Of a stretch of DNA of 64,000 nt, positions 41,702-51,174 are shown piece after piece. The notes below the pieces were generated by a model, which saw nothing but the letters and a program-made list of their open reading frames with translations, was not told the DNA's origin and did no database searches. Made by a program: the position numbers and the translations under genes. Positions within the stretch are counted from its first letter, which is position 1; each line of letters opens with the position of its first letter. The stretch comes from Nitrosopumilaceae archaeon (GTDB lineage Archaea; Thermoproteota; Nitrososphaeria; Nitrososphaerales; Nitrosopumilaceae), in NCBI GenBank assembly GCA_965200155.1, contig CBDATR010000010.1, positions 416,001-480,000 of the forward strand, in the 5' to 3' direction.

Positions 41702-42384
41702 GATACTAGGTCAATTGTTCGTATCTAACAACTTGGTTTAGACGTGCAGGGTGGGAGAAGTGATTCTGCGCATACGGTCTATTGCGCGATACCCAGATTG
41801 CAGGATTCTATATTGATCCCGGTGCTCAGGACGCCCGGATCAAACTTGACAACGATTTGATCCGGAGCGCATGTGAATCGCTGTGGGCCGTCCGCGCAAA
41901 TTGAGGCAGGAGCAGAATCCATTCTACATTAATGATACTGAACTACAGAAGGGATTGAATAAAGGCATGTTCGTATTCCTATATGTGGAGCCCACCAATA
42001 GAGCAGTGGAACCGGTTCTGATACGCAGTGGTATTCCGGAAACATTAGTGGTTAGATAAAGGGTGTAATGCGCCGCATGTCCATATGTGTTCAGACATGG
42101 GGGGCTCAGGGCCTTTCTGTAATGAACGAGGTTGCTGCCAGAATGCAATTATAATTAAAAAACTTGGATGCATTCTATCTTATTATGTGATCAAAACACG
42201 TGAACTCATACCTAAATTTACGCACGACTGGTAGCCGCGGTTAAATGTTTGAGAACGTGGTTGGGGAATACATGATCTCATACAGTCACTTGAGGGTGAG
42301 CAGGGCTTCCGTACTGGAATATGCACAAGACATGCAGTATAAGGAACATGGATTTCTATCACTACCGCGATATACTACGAATCC

Positions 42385-42476
42385 GTATGAGTTCACGTCT
42401 TCCGGAATCTTATGCACAAATCACATTAACTGTCGCGATCAGTTATGCGTAAATTTAGACACAGGTGAGCTCATAC
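42385..42476 (-). mobile_element. 92-bp MITE
   Basis: TSD ACGAATCC. Confidence 0.95.
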
Positions 42477-42946
42477 ACGAATCCCACTTCAAAAATCTAG
42501 ACAGATACTAACAATCTATTACGTCAGGCGTAAAAATTCAAAGGTTCTACATGCAGGCTGAGTAGTCTACTAAATCTGGGAAACAGCTTTGCCCAAACTA
42601 CCATAAAATATCAATGCGCGCACCACTTTGGTGTGATGGGATGTTTCGGGGAACAGCGCAGTCACTCTCAGGCAAGCCTGGGGCAGCCTGCCTCACACCA
42701 CTTCGGCGGTTTTCTATCCACCAGGCCCGGCGCGCTCAATTTGTTGAAGATGGATTTTGATGATTTCCCGTAAAAAACTGAGTCATTCTTAAATCTGTCG
42801 CCGTACCAAGTAGTAGATTTGCTTCAACATTCACCTAAGTTACGACTTTAACAAGTTAGTGGGGACATGGACTCATGCTGTATCGTGGATTAGTTGTACA
42901 TCACACATAGTATGTGTTTTCCTCCATTCATAATGAACCTAATTTA

Positions 42947-43038
42947 GTATGAGTTCACCTGTGTCTAAATTTACGCATAACTGATCGCGACAGTTAATGT
43001 GATTTGTGCATAAGATTCCGGAAGACGTGAACTCATAC
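42947..43038 (+). mobile_element. 92-bp MITE
   Basis: TSD CTAATTTA. Confidence 0.95.
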
Positions 43039-43634
43039 CTAATTTAAGGAGTGAAAGGTTGCCCTCTCGATATTATTTAGGAAAATAGATACACATTTTC
43101 CTGTAATGCTCCGGTGGTTCTCTGTCGTGGTTTTCCATGGCTGGGTATTCTCTAATTACACCAAAATCATAAATACGGTAAGCTGGGATTTACATAAAGT
43201 AATATACAATAAAACAGCCAAGGCGATTATATTCCTGGTACAGGGAAGCCGATCAATTCGCGAAACAGGACTACGGTGAGGTTATGTCTTTTTACAAGAA
43301 TTTTTATTTTCAATTAATGATACAATTATGCTTGAGATTATTCTACTGTAAAATAATTTGTACAAGTCCACTTATGCATAAATTTACGCACGAAGGATCT
43401 AGATAATTAAAACGATTTGCGCATAGAATTAAGGGAAACGTAAACTTACGTGTTGCAACTATGGAGATTATGGATAAAGATCAGGGAATCCATGATAGTG
43501 GTGGATTTTGTGTGTGATCGTTTTGAGCATCGTTGATTTACACACCTATTTGCATAATGTCCTGTGTATGACAAATAACATAATTAATACAATTTAAACA
43601 TGAAATAAAAATAGACGTGATCTCCTGCTTGCGG

Positions 43635-43726
43635 ATGTGAGTTCACCTGTGTCTAAATTTACGCATAACTGATCGCGACAGTTAATGTGATTTGTGCATA
43701 AGATTCCGGAAGACGTGAACTCATAC
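43635..43726 (+). mobile_element. 92-bp MITE (mutated left tip)
   Basis: TSD GCTTGCGG. Confidence 0.93.
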
Positions 43727-43987
43727 GCTTGCGGTGCTTTTATTTTACAGAACTTTGAAAAATACTAGACACGCGTAAAGAAAGAGAGACTTATTACAAG
43801 ACACCAAGTAGCACCATTTCCTGATAAACTCCTCCACATCTATCACTAGTGCACCAGAACTGCGCTAACCAGCAATTGTTCTGACATGGGCGGCGCCTAT
43901 CTATTACGCATTCACGAGGTTTACGTGGTCACAGTCTCCATTCAAAGTATGATGACCTGTGTCATAATGCAGAAAGTGCTTGGGCAG

Positions 43988-44130
43988 GTATCGTTTAGGT
44001 CACCCCTAGGCAACTATTTAAAATACACCGCTAACGTGTCCATTCTTGCTTTTTCTATCATGGCGCATCACATATGCCCATGAATTTACCGTCTAGATGT
44101 TGATCTTTAACGCGAGACCTAAACGGTTAA
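43988..44130. mobile_element. 143-bp MITE of IS66 family 2
   Basis: GTATCGTTTAGGTC / GACCTAAACGGTTAA; 9-bp DR CTTGGGCRG. Confidence 0.8.
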
Positions 44131-44178
44131 CTTGGGCGGGTCCAAAGCAATTATAAAGCTATACTCGAAAATGTGGTC

Positions 44179-44352
44179 ATGATTTCCTTGAAGTGTCCCG
44201 AGTGTGATGCAGACATAATGATACCATCTGATTCGGTTAAGGGAGAAATAGTTTCGTGCCAAGATTGTGGCCAGAGCTATGAAATAACTGAACTTGATAA
44301 CACGTTACAACTAAAGGTTGCAGAAACTGTGGGCGAAGATTGGGGCGAATAG
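44179..44352 (+). CDS. lysW: second, orphan LysW carrier protein (C terminus EDWGE)
   Basis: MISLKCPECDADIMIPSDSVKGEIVSCQDCGQSYEITELDNTLQLKVAETVGEDWGE; TATA-like TTATAAA at about 44151. Confidence 0.93.
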   Translation: MISLKCPECDADIMIPSDSVKGEIVSCQDCGQSYEITELDNTLQLKVAETVGEDWGE

Positions 44353-44378
44353 TCCCACATTATAATAATACAAAAAGA

Positions 44379-45323
44379 CTAGAGGTTTCCAGTGTTTATG
44401 TCATTAAGGCATTGTACGATATCTTGTTTTGTGACTGGAATGGGGTTAGGGTCTAAGTGTCCGCGGTCGGTCATTACCGTGTCCGCAGCATTGGATACGT
44501 CTGCTTTTAATTTCATTTTCTCGAAACCCAATTTCTCCATACACTCCTTAAATTTCTCATAGAACTCAGACTTGTTGAACTTGTGTGCTACCGTAGTACA
44601 TGAGGACAATGAGTAACCGTGTGGTACTCCCTCGTTGGAGAATACATACGAAAGCGCGTGTCCCAATGTGGTAGATGCGTTCCCAAAACCTATGCCGGAC
44701 AGCATAGATCCATACGGATAATCCTGTGGACGATCGTTCATAATCGCCTCGTAAAGTTTGTTGAATGCCTCTTTACACATGTTACGGGTTAGATCATTAC
44801 CAAGCTTACTGTCATGTCCTTCGGATGCTTGTGCTAGTGCGTCACATACTGAGTTGTTTATAATTCGCTGAGGGGTCCCATCCATGAAGTATGAGTCCAC
44901 TACTGCCATGTCTGCTAGAAATCTATCCTCGCGCAACAACTTTTTCTTCCCGTCAAACTTCAGTACACAGTATGTTGTCATCTCGGCCCCGGTACCAAAA
45001 GTGGTGGGGATTAGTATCTTGGGTTTGTTCATCTCCGCTGCTGAGTATTTGACGACGTCCAAGGAGCTTCCGCCCCCCAGACCTATTATGACTGACGGAT
45101 TCTTGTCCTTGTATGACTCTATCACCGAATTAACATCAGCGATGGATGGTTCGGGAGTAACCTTGTCAAACAACATGTAGTTCTTGATTCCCATTCGTGC
45201 TATCCACTTATCAGATAAGGCGGGAGGCGCAGTGGTTACTATGAGCGCATTGTCTGGATACTCTGTTTGGCCTAGGGCATCTTGACCAAAATTGATGATT
45301 TTTGGTATTCTTACCGTATTCAT
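44379..45323 (-). CDS. iron-containing alcohol dehydrogenase (probable malonic/succinic semialdehyde reductase, 3HP/4HB cycle)
   Basis: GLGGGSSLD, IPTTFGTGAE, DALAQASE, GHALS, PHG. Confidence 0.9.
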   Translation of the reverse strand: MNTVRIPKIINFGQDALGQTEYPDNALIVTTAPPALSDKWIARMGIKNYMLFDKVTPEPSIADVNSVIESYKDKNPSVIIGLGGGSSLDVVKYSAAEMNKPKILIPTTFGTGAEMTTYCVLKFDGKKKLLREDRFLADMAVVDSYFMDGTPQRIINNSVCDALAQASEGHDSKLGNDLTRNMCKEAFNKLYEAIMNDRPQDYPYGSMLSGIGFGNASTTLGHALSYVFSNEGVPHGYSLSSCTTVAHKFNKSEFYEKFKECMEKLGFEKMKLKADVSNAADTVMTDRGHLDPNPIPVTKQDIVQCLNDINTGNL

Positions 45324-45364
45324 TATTCTTGCTCTGCAAACTAGCGTTATATAGGTAAGTACTG

Positions 45365-45456
45365 GTATGAGTTCACGTCTTCCGGAATCTTATACACAAA
45401 TCACATTAACTGTCGCGATCAGTTATGCGTAAATTTAGACACAGGTGAACTCATAC
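45365..45456 (-). mobile_element. 92-bp MITE
   Basis: TSD AAGTACTG. Confidence 0.95.
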
Positions 45457-45482
45457 AAGTACTGCCCATGTACAAATAATCT

Positions 45483-47177
45483 GTATGAGTTCACGTGTTT
45501 TGATCACATAATAAGATAGAATGCGTCCCAGTTTTTTTAATTATAACTGCATTCTGGCAGCAACCTCGTTCATAACAGAAAGGCCTTGAGCCCTCCATGT
45601 CTGAACACATGATACAAATGTAGACATGCGGCGCATTGCCCTTTCGCCACCCTTTATCTGACCACTAATCTTGCGGAATACCACTGCGTATCGCAAAGCC
45701 TGCTCCGCTGGATTGTTGGTGGGCTCTACACAGTCATATTCTAAGAATACGAACATGCATGGTATGGCCTTATTCAATCCTTTTACCTTCTTTTGTAGTT
45801 CAGTATCATCAACATCACAGTACTGATGCAGAATGGATTCTGCTCCTGCCTCAAATGAGTGTCGTAATTGCGCGGACGGCCCGCAGTGATTCAGGGATTC
45901 CCGTGCGCTCCGGAACAATCCTTTCAGGTCGTTGTCAAGTTTGATCCGGGCGTCCTGAGCACCGGGATCGATATAGAATCCTGCATGTAATGCCTGGGTA
46001 TCGCGCAATAAATGCGCCCAACACAACTGGTGCTTCCCACCGTCATCAAACCGGCGGTACACAACGTACCTGTCTGTGACTATCGCGCCCTGGTAACCGT
46101 TCGGGTATTTGTTCACTACATTTGAACTCCTACTTTTGTCATATATGGACATCATCCACTCTTCGGCCCGCATCCCCCATACCCAGCCACGCCTACCCGC
46201 CAGTGATATACCAGTTTCGTCCACATGAATGCTGGGTGATTTTATTATATTCTCATGAATTGTTTCCATAAATGATTCACATGCATCGGCGGCCCTGGCA
46301 ATTATGTTGTTTACTGCACCCACCGATATATTTAGGCCGAAGAGATCCCTCGAAATTACAGGTATGCGTTTTATTGGAATCTTTTCCGCACGCAATGCAG
46401 TGATGGCACCGCATAATTGAACCCCAAAACTACCACTCTTTGGGACGCCCGCTGCTGGGGCCAGTTGTTTTTTGCCGCACTTGCATGCAGCCATTTCTAT
46501 CACATGAAGGGTCTCCTCTATTTTGGCTGGTATTAATTCCGTTATGTGTCGTTGTTTCCAACCAATTTTTGTCATCATATTGCCGCACTCACATAGTGGA
46601 GTATGCTCAAAGGTGTGATGCACTACTCTGCCGGGGTTGTGGGAACGGGAAACCCCCTTGTGTCCCTTTTGCGCGCCAGCCTTTTTGGCTGATTTCGTAC
46701 TGGCTTCTGTCTGTTGCTTATTATCTCCCTGTTTTCGCTTCTGTTCCTCCTGTTTTCGCTTCTTGTACTGGAGGGATTGAAGGGATGGTGGCGAGTGAGC
46801 ATTCTCATAATATTTAAGTCGCGTTGTGAGTACCGCAATTTTCCTGTCTTTTTCTACTAATTCCTCTTTTAATTCACTTACATAATTTCTAATAATTTGG
46901 AAATCTTGTATATGATTTCGTATTTCTTTTATGGTGTGTGACATATATGCTTCCAATACTCTCACACGTTCCTTGTAATGTGCAAGATCTTTCTTGTAAT
47001 CCTCAATATCTTTCTTGATAGACGCAAGGGTATCCTGAAGAAGTTTATTTTCCAGTTCCAATTCCTTATAGGACCGGCGTCTTCTCATTAGATTCTTATT
47101 GCAAATTTGGTATTTAAGTAAAATATTGCCATACCAATCTATATCTTAGTGAATGATCAAAACACGTGAACTCATAC
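45483..47177 (-). mobile_element. full-length single-ORF IS66 (ISBst12-like) element, family 1
   Basis: 24-bp TIRs GTATGAGTTCACGTGTTTTGATCA; 1695 bp; no matching TSD. Confidence 0.93.
45541..47088 (-). CDS. IS66-family transposase (TnpC-like), apparently intact
   Basis: Coiled coil, NAHSPPS, GAQKGHKG, Zn knuckles, HVDETG, TDRY, QLCWAHLLR, PTNNPAEQALR. Confidence 0.93.
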   Translation of the reverse strand: MRRRRSYKELELENKLLQDTLASIKKDIEDYKKDLAHYKERVRVLEAYMSHTIKEIRNHIQDFQIIRNYVSELKEELVEKDRKIAVLTTRLKYYENAHSPPSLQSLQYKKRKQEEQKRKQGDNKQQTEASTKSAKKAGAQKGHKGVSRSHNPGRVVHHTFEHTPLCECGNMMTKIGWKQRHITELIPAKIEETLHVIEMAACKCGKKQLAPAAGVPKSGSFGVQLCGAITALRAEKIPIKRIPVISRDLFGLNISVGAVNNIIARAADACESFMETIHENIIKSPSIHVDETGISLAGRRGWVWGMRAEEWMMSIYDKSRSSNVVNKYPNGYQGAIVTDRYVVYRRFDDGGKHQLCWAHLLRDTQALHAGFYIDPGAQDARIKLDNDLKGLFRSARESLNHCGPSAQLRHSFEAGAESILHQYCDVDDTELQKKVKGLNKAIPCMFVFLEYDCVEPTNNPAEQALRYAVVFRKISGQIKGGERAMRRMSTFVSCVQTWRAQGLSVMNEVAARMQL

Positions 47178-47351
47178 AGTATTATGTCTCCACGTTTTAT
47201 CTCTCACTCATTCTCCTTGTAATGTGCAAGTTCTTTCTTGGTAGACGCAAGGGTATCCTGAAGAATCTGATTTTTCAGTTCCAATTCCTTATAGGACCGG
47301 CGCCTTCTCATTAGATTCTGATTGCAAATTTGATATTTAAGCAAAATATTG

Positions 47352-47443
47352 GTATGAGTTCACGTCTTCCGGAATATTATGCACAAATCACATTAACTGT
47401 CGCGATCAGTTATGCGTAAATTTAGGCACAGGTGAACTCACAC
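47352..47443 (-). mobile_element. 92-bp MITE, no TSD
   Basis: Matches consensus. Confidence 0.92.
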
Positions 47444-47529
47444 TCTGAATTTCCAGTTCCAATTCCTTATAGGACCGGCGCCTTCTCATTAGATTCTGAT
47501 TGCAAATTTGATATTTAAGCAAAATATTG

Positions 47530-47621
47530 GTATGAGTTCACGTCTTCCGGAATATTATGCACAAATCACATTAACTGTCGCGATCAGTTATGCGTAAATT
47601 TAGGCACAGGTGAACTCATAC
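47530..47621 (-). mobile_element. 92-bp MITE, no TSD
   Basis: Matches consensus. Confidence 0.92.
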
Positions 47622-47958
47622 AAAAGGATTGAATAAGGCCATACCAGGCATGTTCGTATTCTTAGAATATGACGGTGTGGAGCCCACCAACAATCCAGCG
47701 GAGCAGTGGAACCGGTTCTGATACGCAGTGGTATTCCGCAAGATTAGTGGTCAGATAAAGGGTGGTGAAAGGGCCATGCGCCGCATGTCCATATGTGTTC
47801 AGACATGGAGGGCTCAGGGCCTTTCTGTAATGAACGAGGTTGCTGCCAGAATGCAATTATAATTAAAAAACTGGGATGCATTCTATCATATTATGTGATC
47901 AAAACACGTGAACTCATACCTATATCTTAGTGAATGATCAAAACACGTGAACTCATAC

Positions 47959-48046
47959 TGTTCATGCTTGACTGATTGTGTGTCATAAAATACACCCCAG
48001 TTTGAAGCAACCTAGGCTGTTACTGTCAATCATGCGTATAAGGTCT
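47959..48046 (+). mobile_element. isolated IS5 terminal fragment
   Basis: Reverse complement of 40204-40291, ending TGCGTATAAGGTCT. Confidence 0.8.
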
Positions 48047-48065
48047 AATATATCGTCCATGTGGT

Positions 48066-48365
48066 TTACGATCGCCTTTTCTTTCTGTGTGGGAGTTGCT
48101 TTTCAACCTCGGCTTGGCGACTATCTACAGTAAGAATAATCTTCTGTACCATACCATCAAGATCATCGTCTGTAGCCTTAGGTTCTATGCAATTGGATAT
48201 GTCTGATATAACTCCGGATATCTCCGCGCTTACCTCCTCAAAACTCTCAGGATCCTCGTATGCCTGTGCATATAGCTGCTTAAGCCGTCCCACCTGACTT
48301 ATTACAGAATCTGTCAGTGTGAATTTGTACGTGGAACCATTTACCGATACTTCCTTTACAATCAT
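48066..48365 (-). CDS. hypothetical protein
   Basis: 99-aa ORF with a TATA-like TTTAAG upstream. Confidence 0.7.
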   Translation of the reverse strand: MIVKEVSVNGSTYKFTLTDSVISQVGRLKQLYAQAYEDPESFEEVSAEISGVISDISNCIEPKATDDDLDGMVQKIILTVDSRQAEVEKQLPHRKKRRS

Positions 48366-48682
48366 ACCGTTTCATTTTTTGAGGTATCCTTAAAGGTTTT
48401 GAGCCGGGATTCACGAATGCATGAGTATGCCGGATTGTGAGGTTGAGTAACATGTAAAATGGTTGTATTATTTTCGTAATGTTGTCTTTGTTAATAAAAT
48501 ACCTATTGGTCCATAAGAGTATACGTAACTGTTCAGTATATAGTAGAGTGGATACAGATTATGCCTGCATGTTCCGGTAATAATAACGGCATACGTTTGT
48601 AATAGTATCGATTATCTCGACTTGCTAATCCCTGTAAAAATATTCTGAGCATATATTCCGCAGGATGCATCGCAAGTGAAAC

Positions 48683-48774
48683 GTATGAGTTCACCTGTGT
48701 CTAAATTTACGTATAACTGATCGCGACAGTTAATGTGATTTGTGCATAAGATTCCGGCAGACGTGAACTCATAC
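48683..48774 (+). mobile_element. 92-bp MITE
   Basis: TSD AGTGAAAC. Confidence 0.95.
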
Positions 48775-48814
48775 AGTGAAACTTGATATGTTATGTTAGT
48801 GTAATTTTGTAGAT

Positions 48815-49126
48815 ATGAGAGATGATGACAAGTTTGAGATTATGCGTGCAATGGATATGCTGCCCCATGTGGCAGGGGCCAGTTTTGCCACAGTATGGTT
48901 CCGATTAAACGGCAATCGCCGTCCTACTAGGGATGAATTTAGAATAAAGACTACAGAATATCTGAGCGCCGCATGTGATGCACTGGAATCATTTCCTGAC
49001 ACTGAAAAGTTTGTACCCATAAAAAAATACATTCGCAAGCGGATCAAGACCGAGATTGCCGATATATTAAATGGTAAAAATGGTGAGATCGAAAAGAGAT
49101 ATGATAGATATGTAGATTATGGGTAA
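48815..49126 (+). CDS. hypothetical protein
   Basis: 103-aa ORF ending EIEKRYDRYVDYG, recalled as conserved in Nitrosopumilaceae. Confidence 0.75.
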   Translation: MRDDDKFEIMRAMDMLPHVAGASFATVWFRLNGNRRPTRDEFRIKTTEYLSAACDALESFPDTEKFVPIKKYIRKRIKTEIADILNGKNGEIEKRYDRYVDYG

Positions 49127-49167
49127 CTACTGCCAAATCATATGTCTCATTATACATCTAATGTTTT

Positions 49168-49393
49168 GTATGAGTTCACGTGATTGGTGTAATGCATTCT
49201 ACTACAGAAAGGGCCGGTGTGGACTTTATCTGGCCGGGAATCGTCCCCGGAACACGTCCATGAATGATTCAATCCCTTCTGCAGAATGGCGCCGGCCTCA
49301 ATTTGAGCGAACGGCTTTGATCCGGGCGTGATCGGGGTATGAGTTCACGTGTTTTGTTCATTCACTAAGATATAGATTGGTATGACAATATTT
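49168..49393. mobile_element. heavily eroded IS66 end (49168-49336) plus IS66 left end (49337-49393)
   Basis: Two GTATGAGTTCACGTG termini. Confidence 0.7.
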
Positions 49394-49485
49394 GTATGAG
49401 TTCATCTGTGTCTAAATTTACGCATAACTGATCGCGACAGTTAATGTGATTTGCGCATCAGATTCCGGCAGACGTGAACTCATAC
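49394..49485 (+). mobile_element. 92-bp MITE at an IS66/IS5 junction, no TSD
   Basis: Matches consensus. Confidence 0.92.
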
Positions 49486-50743
49486 ACCCGGATACTACGA
49501 GTAGATCTTCCCGGAATTCCTCCCGACTGCCATCATATACCTGACTTAATCTACGATATGCCTTGAGCATACGTATGACATGCTCGATTAATATGCGCCT
49601 TTTTGATACAGTTTTGTTATATTTCCTTTCAGTTTTAGTGAGTGATTCCCCGCCCTTGTATGGAATTATGACCTTTGCGCCGGGTAGGAAGTCTTTCATC
49701 CCCTGGTATCCTGCATCTGCGACTACTGTTATCTTATCAGATGGCGGCGTGGTTGATTCTTCTAGGGACTTGCCGCCAAGGGGAATATCATTCTTGAATA
49801 TGCCATAATCGTGTCTTTTCCCCTCATATACTCCACTGACGTGAATTATCGTATGAGTTCACCTGTGTCTAAATTTACGCATAACTGATCGCGATAGTTA
49901 ATGTGATTTGTGCATAAGATTCCGCAAGACGTGAACTCATACGAATTATCAGTCTTGATGTCATCTGTAAGTTGTACGGGTGGGTTTTTTGTTTACCAGA
50001 ATACATTGCCTCCTGATTTTTTTCAGGACGTTGTACGCGTACATGTATCCCATCAGTCTTTATCTCCCCTCCGGCTCGGCCTGGAACAATTTCCTTAAAG
50101 TCGGGTGTTGACTTGATTTGTGATATTGCTTTTGCAACGGTATCTGCCGTTGGAAGTATCTTGATCAGTCCCTGCTTTGTAAACTGGATGTAACGGCATA
50201 TGTTTGACTGGTTTATCTTGAGTATTGCTGCCAGCAGCTCCTGCTTTGTATTGTAGCGCAGGCGTATCAGTGTAACTAAGAGTACATGTCTGACCGGAAA
50301 TTTGTTCACGTGCCCGCGATCATTTGTAAGTTCTAAGAATCGCCGTGCATCATCGCCTTCTTCCAGGGACTCTACGTATTCTGCGAACTGGTTAGTATCC
50401 ATTTGAACTCTTCCGGGGTGCATCCGGTCAGGGAATGAAGCTGATCCTTGCGTTCTATAATGTCATCAAGATTTGAAACGAGGGCATTCTTTGTTTGAGC
50501 TTCAAGTTTGCCACGCAGGTTTGTTACTTCGGCCTCGGTGCGTAGCCGGTATTACTCTGTGACTAACTGCTCCTTGGTGAGTTCTTCTGCTTTTAGCATA
50601 CCTGGTACTACAAAATTAGGTCTTAACTTTTCTGTTTCACACGAGTCTGTGTGGGAAAACCCATGATACTAGGTCAATTGTTCGTATCTAACAACTTGTT
50701 TTAGACGTGTAGGGTGGGAGAAGTGATTCTGTGCATACGGTCT
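49486..50743 (-). mobile_element. IS5-family copy 2 (pseudogene, 3'-truncated)
   Basis: Aligns with copy 1; frameshifts, 6-9 bp deletions and a MITE insertion. Confidence 0.9.
49851..49942 (+). mobile_element. 92-bp MITE inside IS5
   Basis: TSD GAATTATC. Confidence 0.95.
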
Positions 50744-50786
50744 ATTGCAGCATACAAGTTAAATATTCTATATAGGTAGATTAAAT

Positions 50787-50939
50787 ATGGAGATTGCCAT
50801 GCAAAAAAAGTTTGGTAGTATGCAAAGTTGTCAATGTGGCATATGCGGTCATCGTAATGCAGAAGAATGTGTAAAGAATGAATGTGTCTGTTGTCTTAAT
50901 TTTCACGTACGCTCAGGACCGGGCAGACGTGATCACTAG
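50787..50939 (+). CDS. Cys-rich microprotein
   Basis: MEIAMQKKFGSMQSCQCGICGHRNAEECVKNECVCCLNFHVRSGPGRRDH; start uncertain. Confidence 0.55.
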   Translation: MEIAMQKKFGSMQSCQCGICGHRNAEECVKNECVCCLNFHVRSGPGRRDH

Positions 50940-51174
50940 ACCATTACGGCCAGATACTAGACTCGATGATTATGTTGTACAACATCCCCAAACTTAGAGA
51001 TGTATGTAATAGACTAGAGGCAGAGAACTTTTCATACTGCCAGTAATAATGCCCATACATAGATTGTAATTGTTAATGGGGTGCGCCATCACATGGAGTT
51101 TGTGAGCGCAAGATGTGCCAGTCTGTATTTAGTGCCAAGAGACAGGGGGATGCACAAAGCCATACCCAACAGGC

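Larger units (their letters stand above)
40204..41780 (-). mobile_element. IS5-family (ISL2/IS702-like) element, copy 1
   Basis: TIR AGACCTTATGCGCA / TGCGCATACGGTCT; 3-bp TSD ATT. Confidence 0.88.
40146..42211 (+). mobile_element. eroded IS66 family-1 3' portion (40146-40203 and 41784-42211) interrupted by IS5
   Basis: Aligns to the intact copy with more than 11 microdeletions; right TIR ends at 42211. Confidence 0.85.
47272..47621. repeat. 178-bp tandem duplication (IS66 fragment plus MITE)
   Basis: Units start at about 47272 and 47450; both MITEs share private changes (GAATATT, TAGGCAC). Confidence 0.85.
47190..47958. mobile_element. cluster of IS66 left-end and right-end fragments with two MITEs
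   Basis: Left-end pieces 47190-47351 and 47920-47958; right-end piece 47622-47919. Confidence 0.8.

Noticed and set aside
43330-43560. ATTT(A/G)CGCA-like words similar to the MITE internal repeat, as a possible MITE source or decayed pentapeptide-repeat gene
   Set aside because: Matches are short, irregularly spaced and in AT-rich DNA; not supportable by eye.
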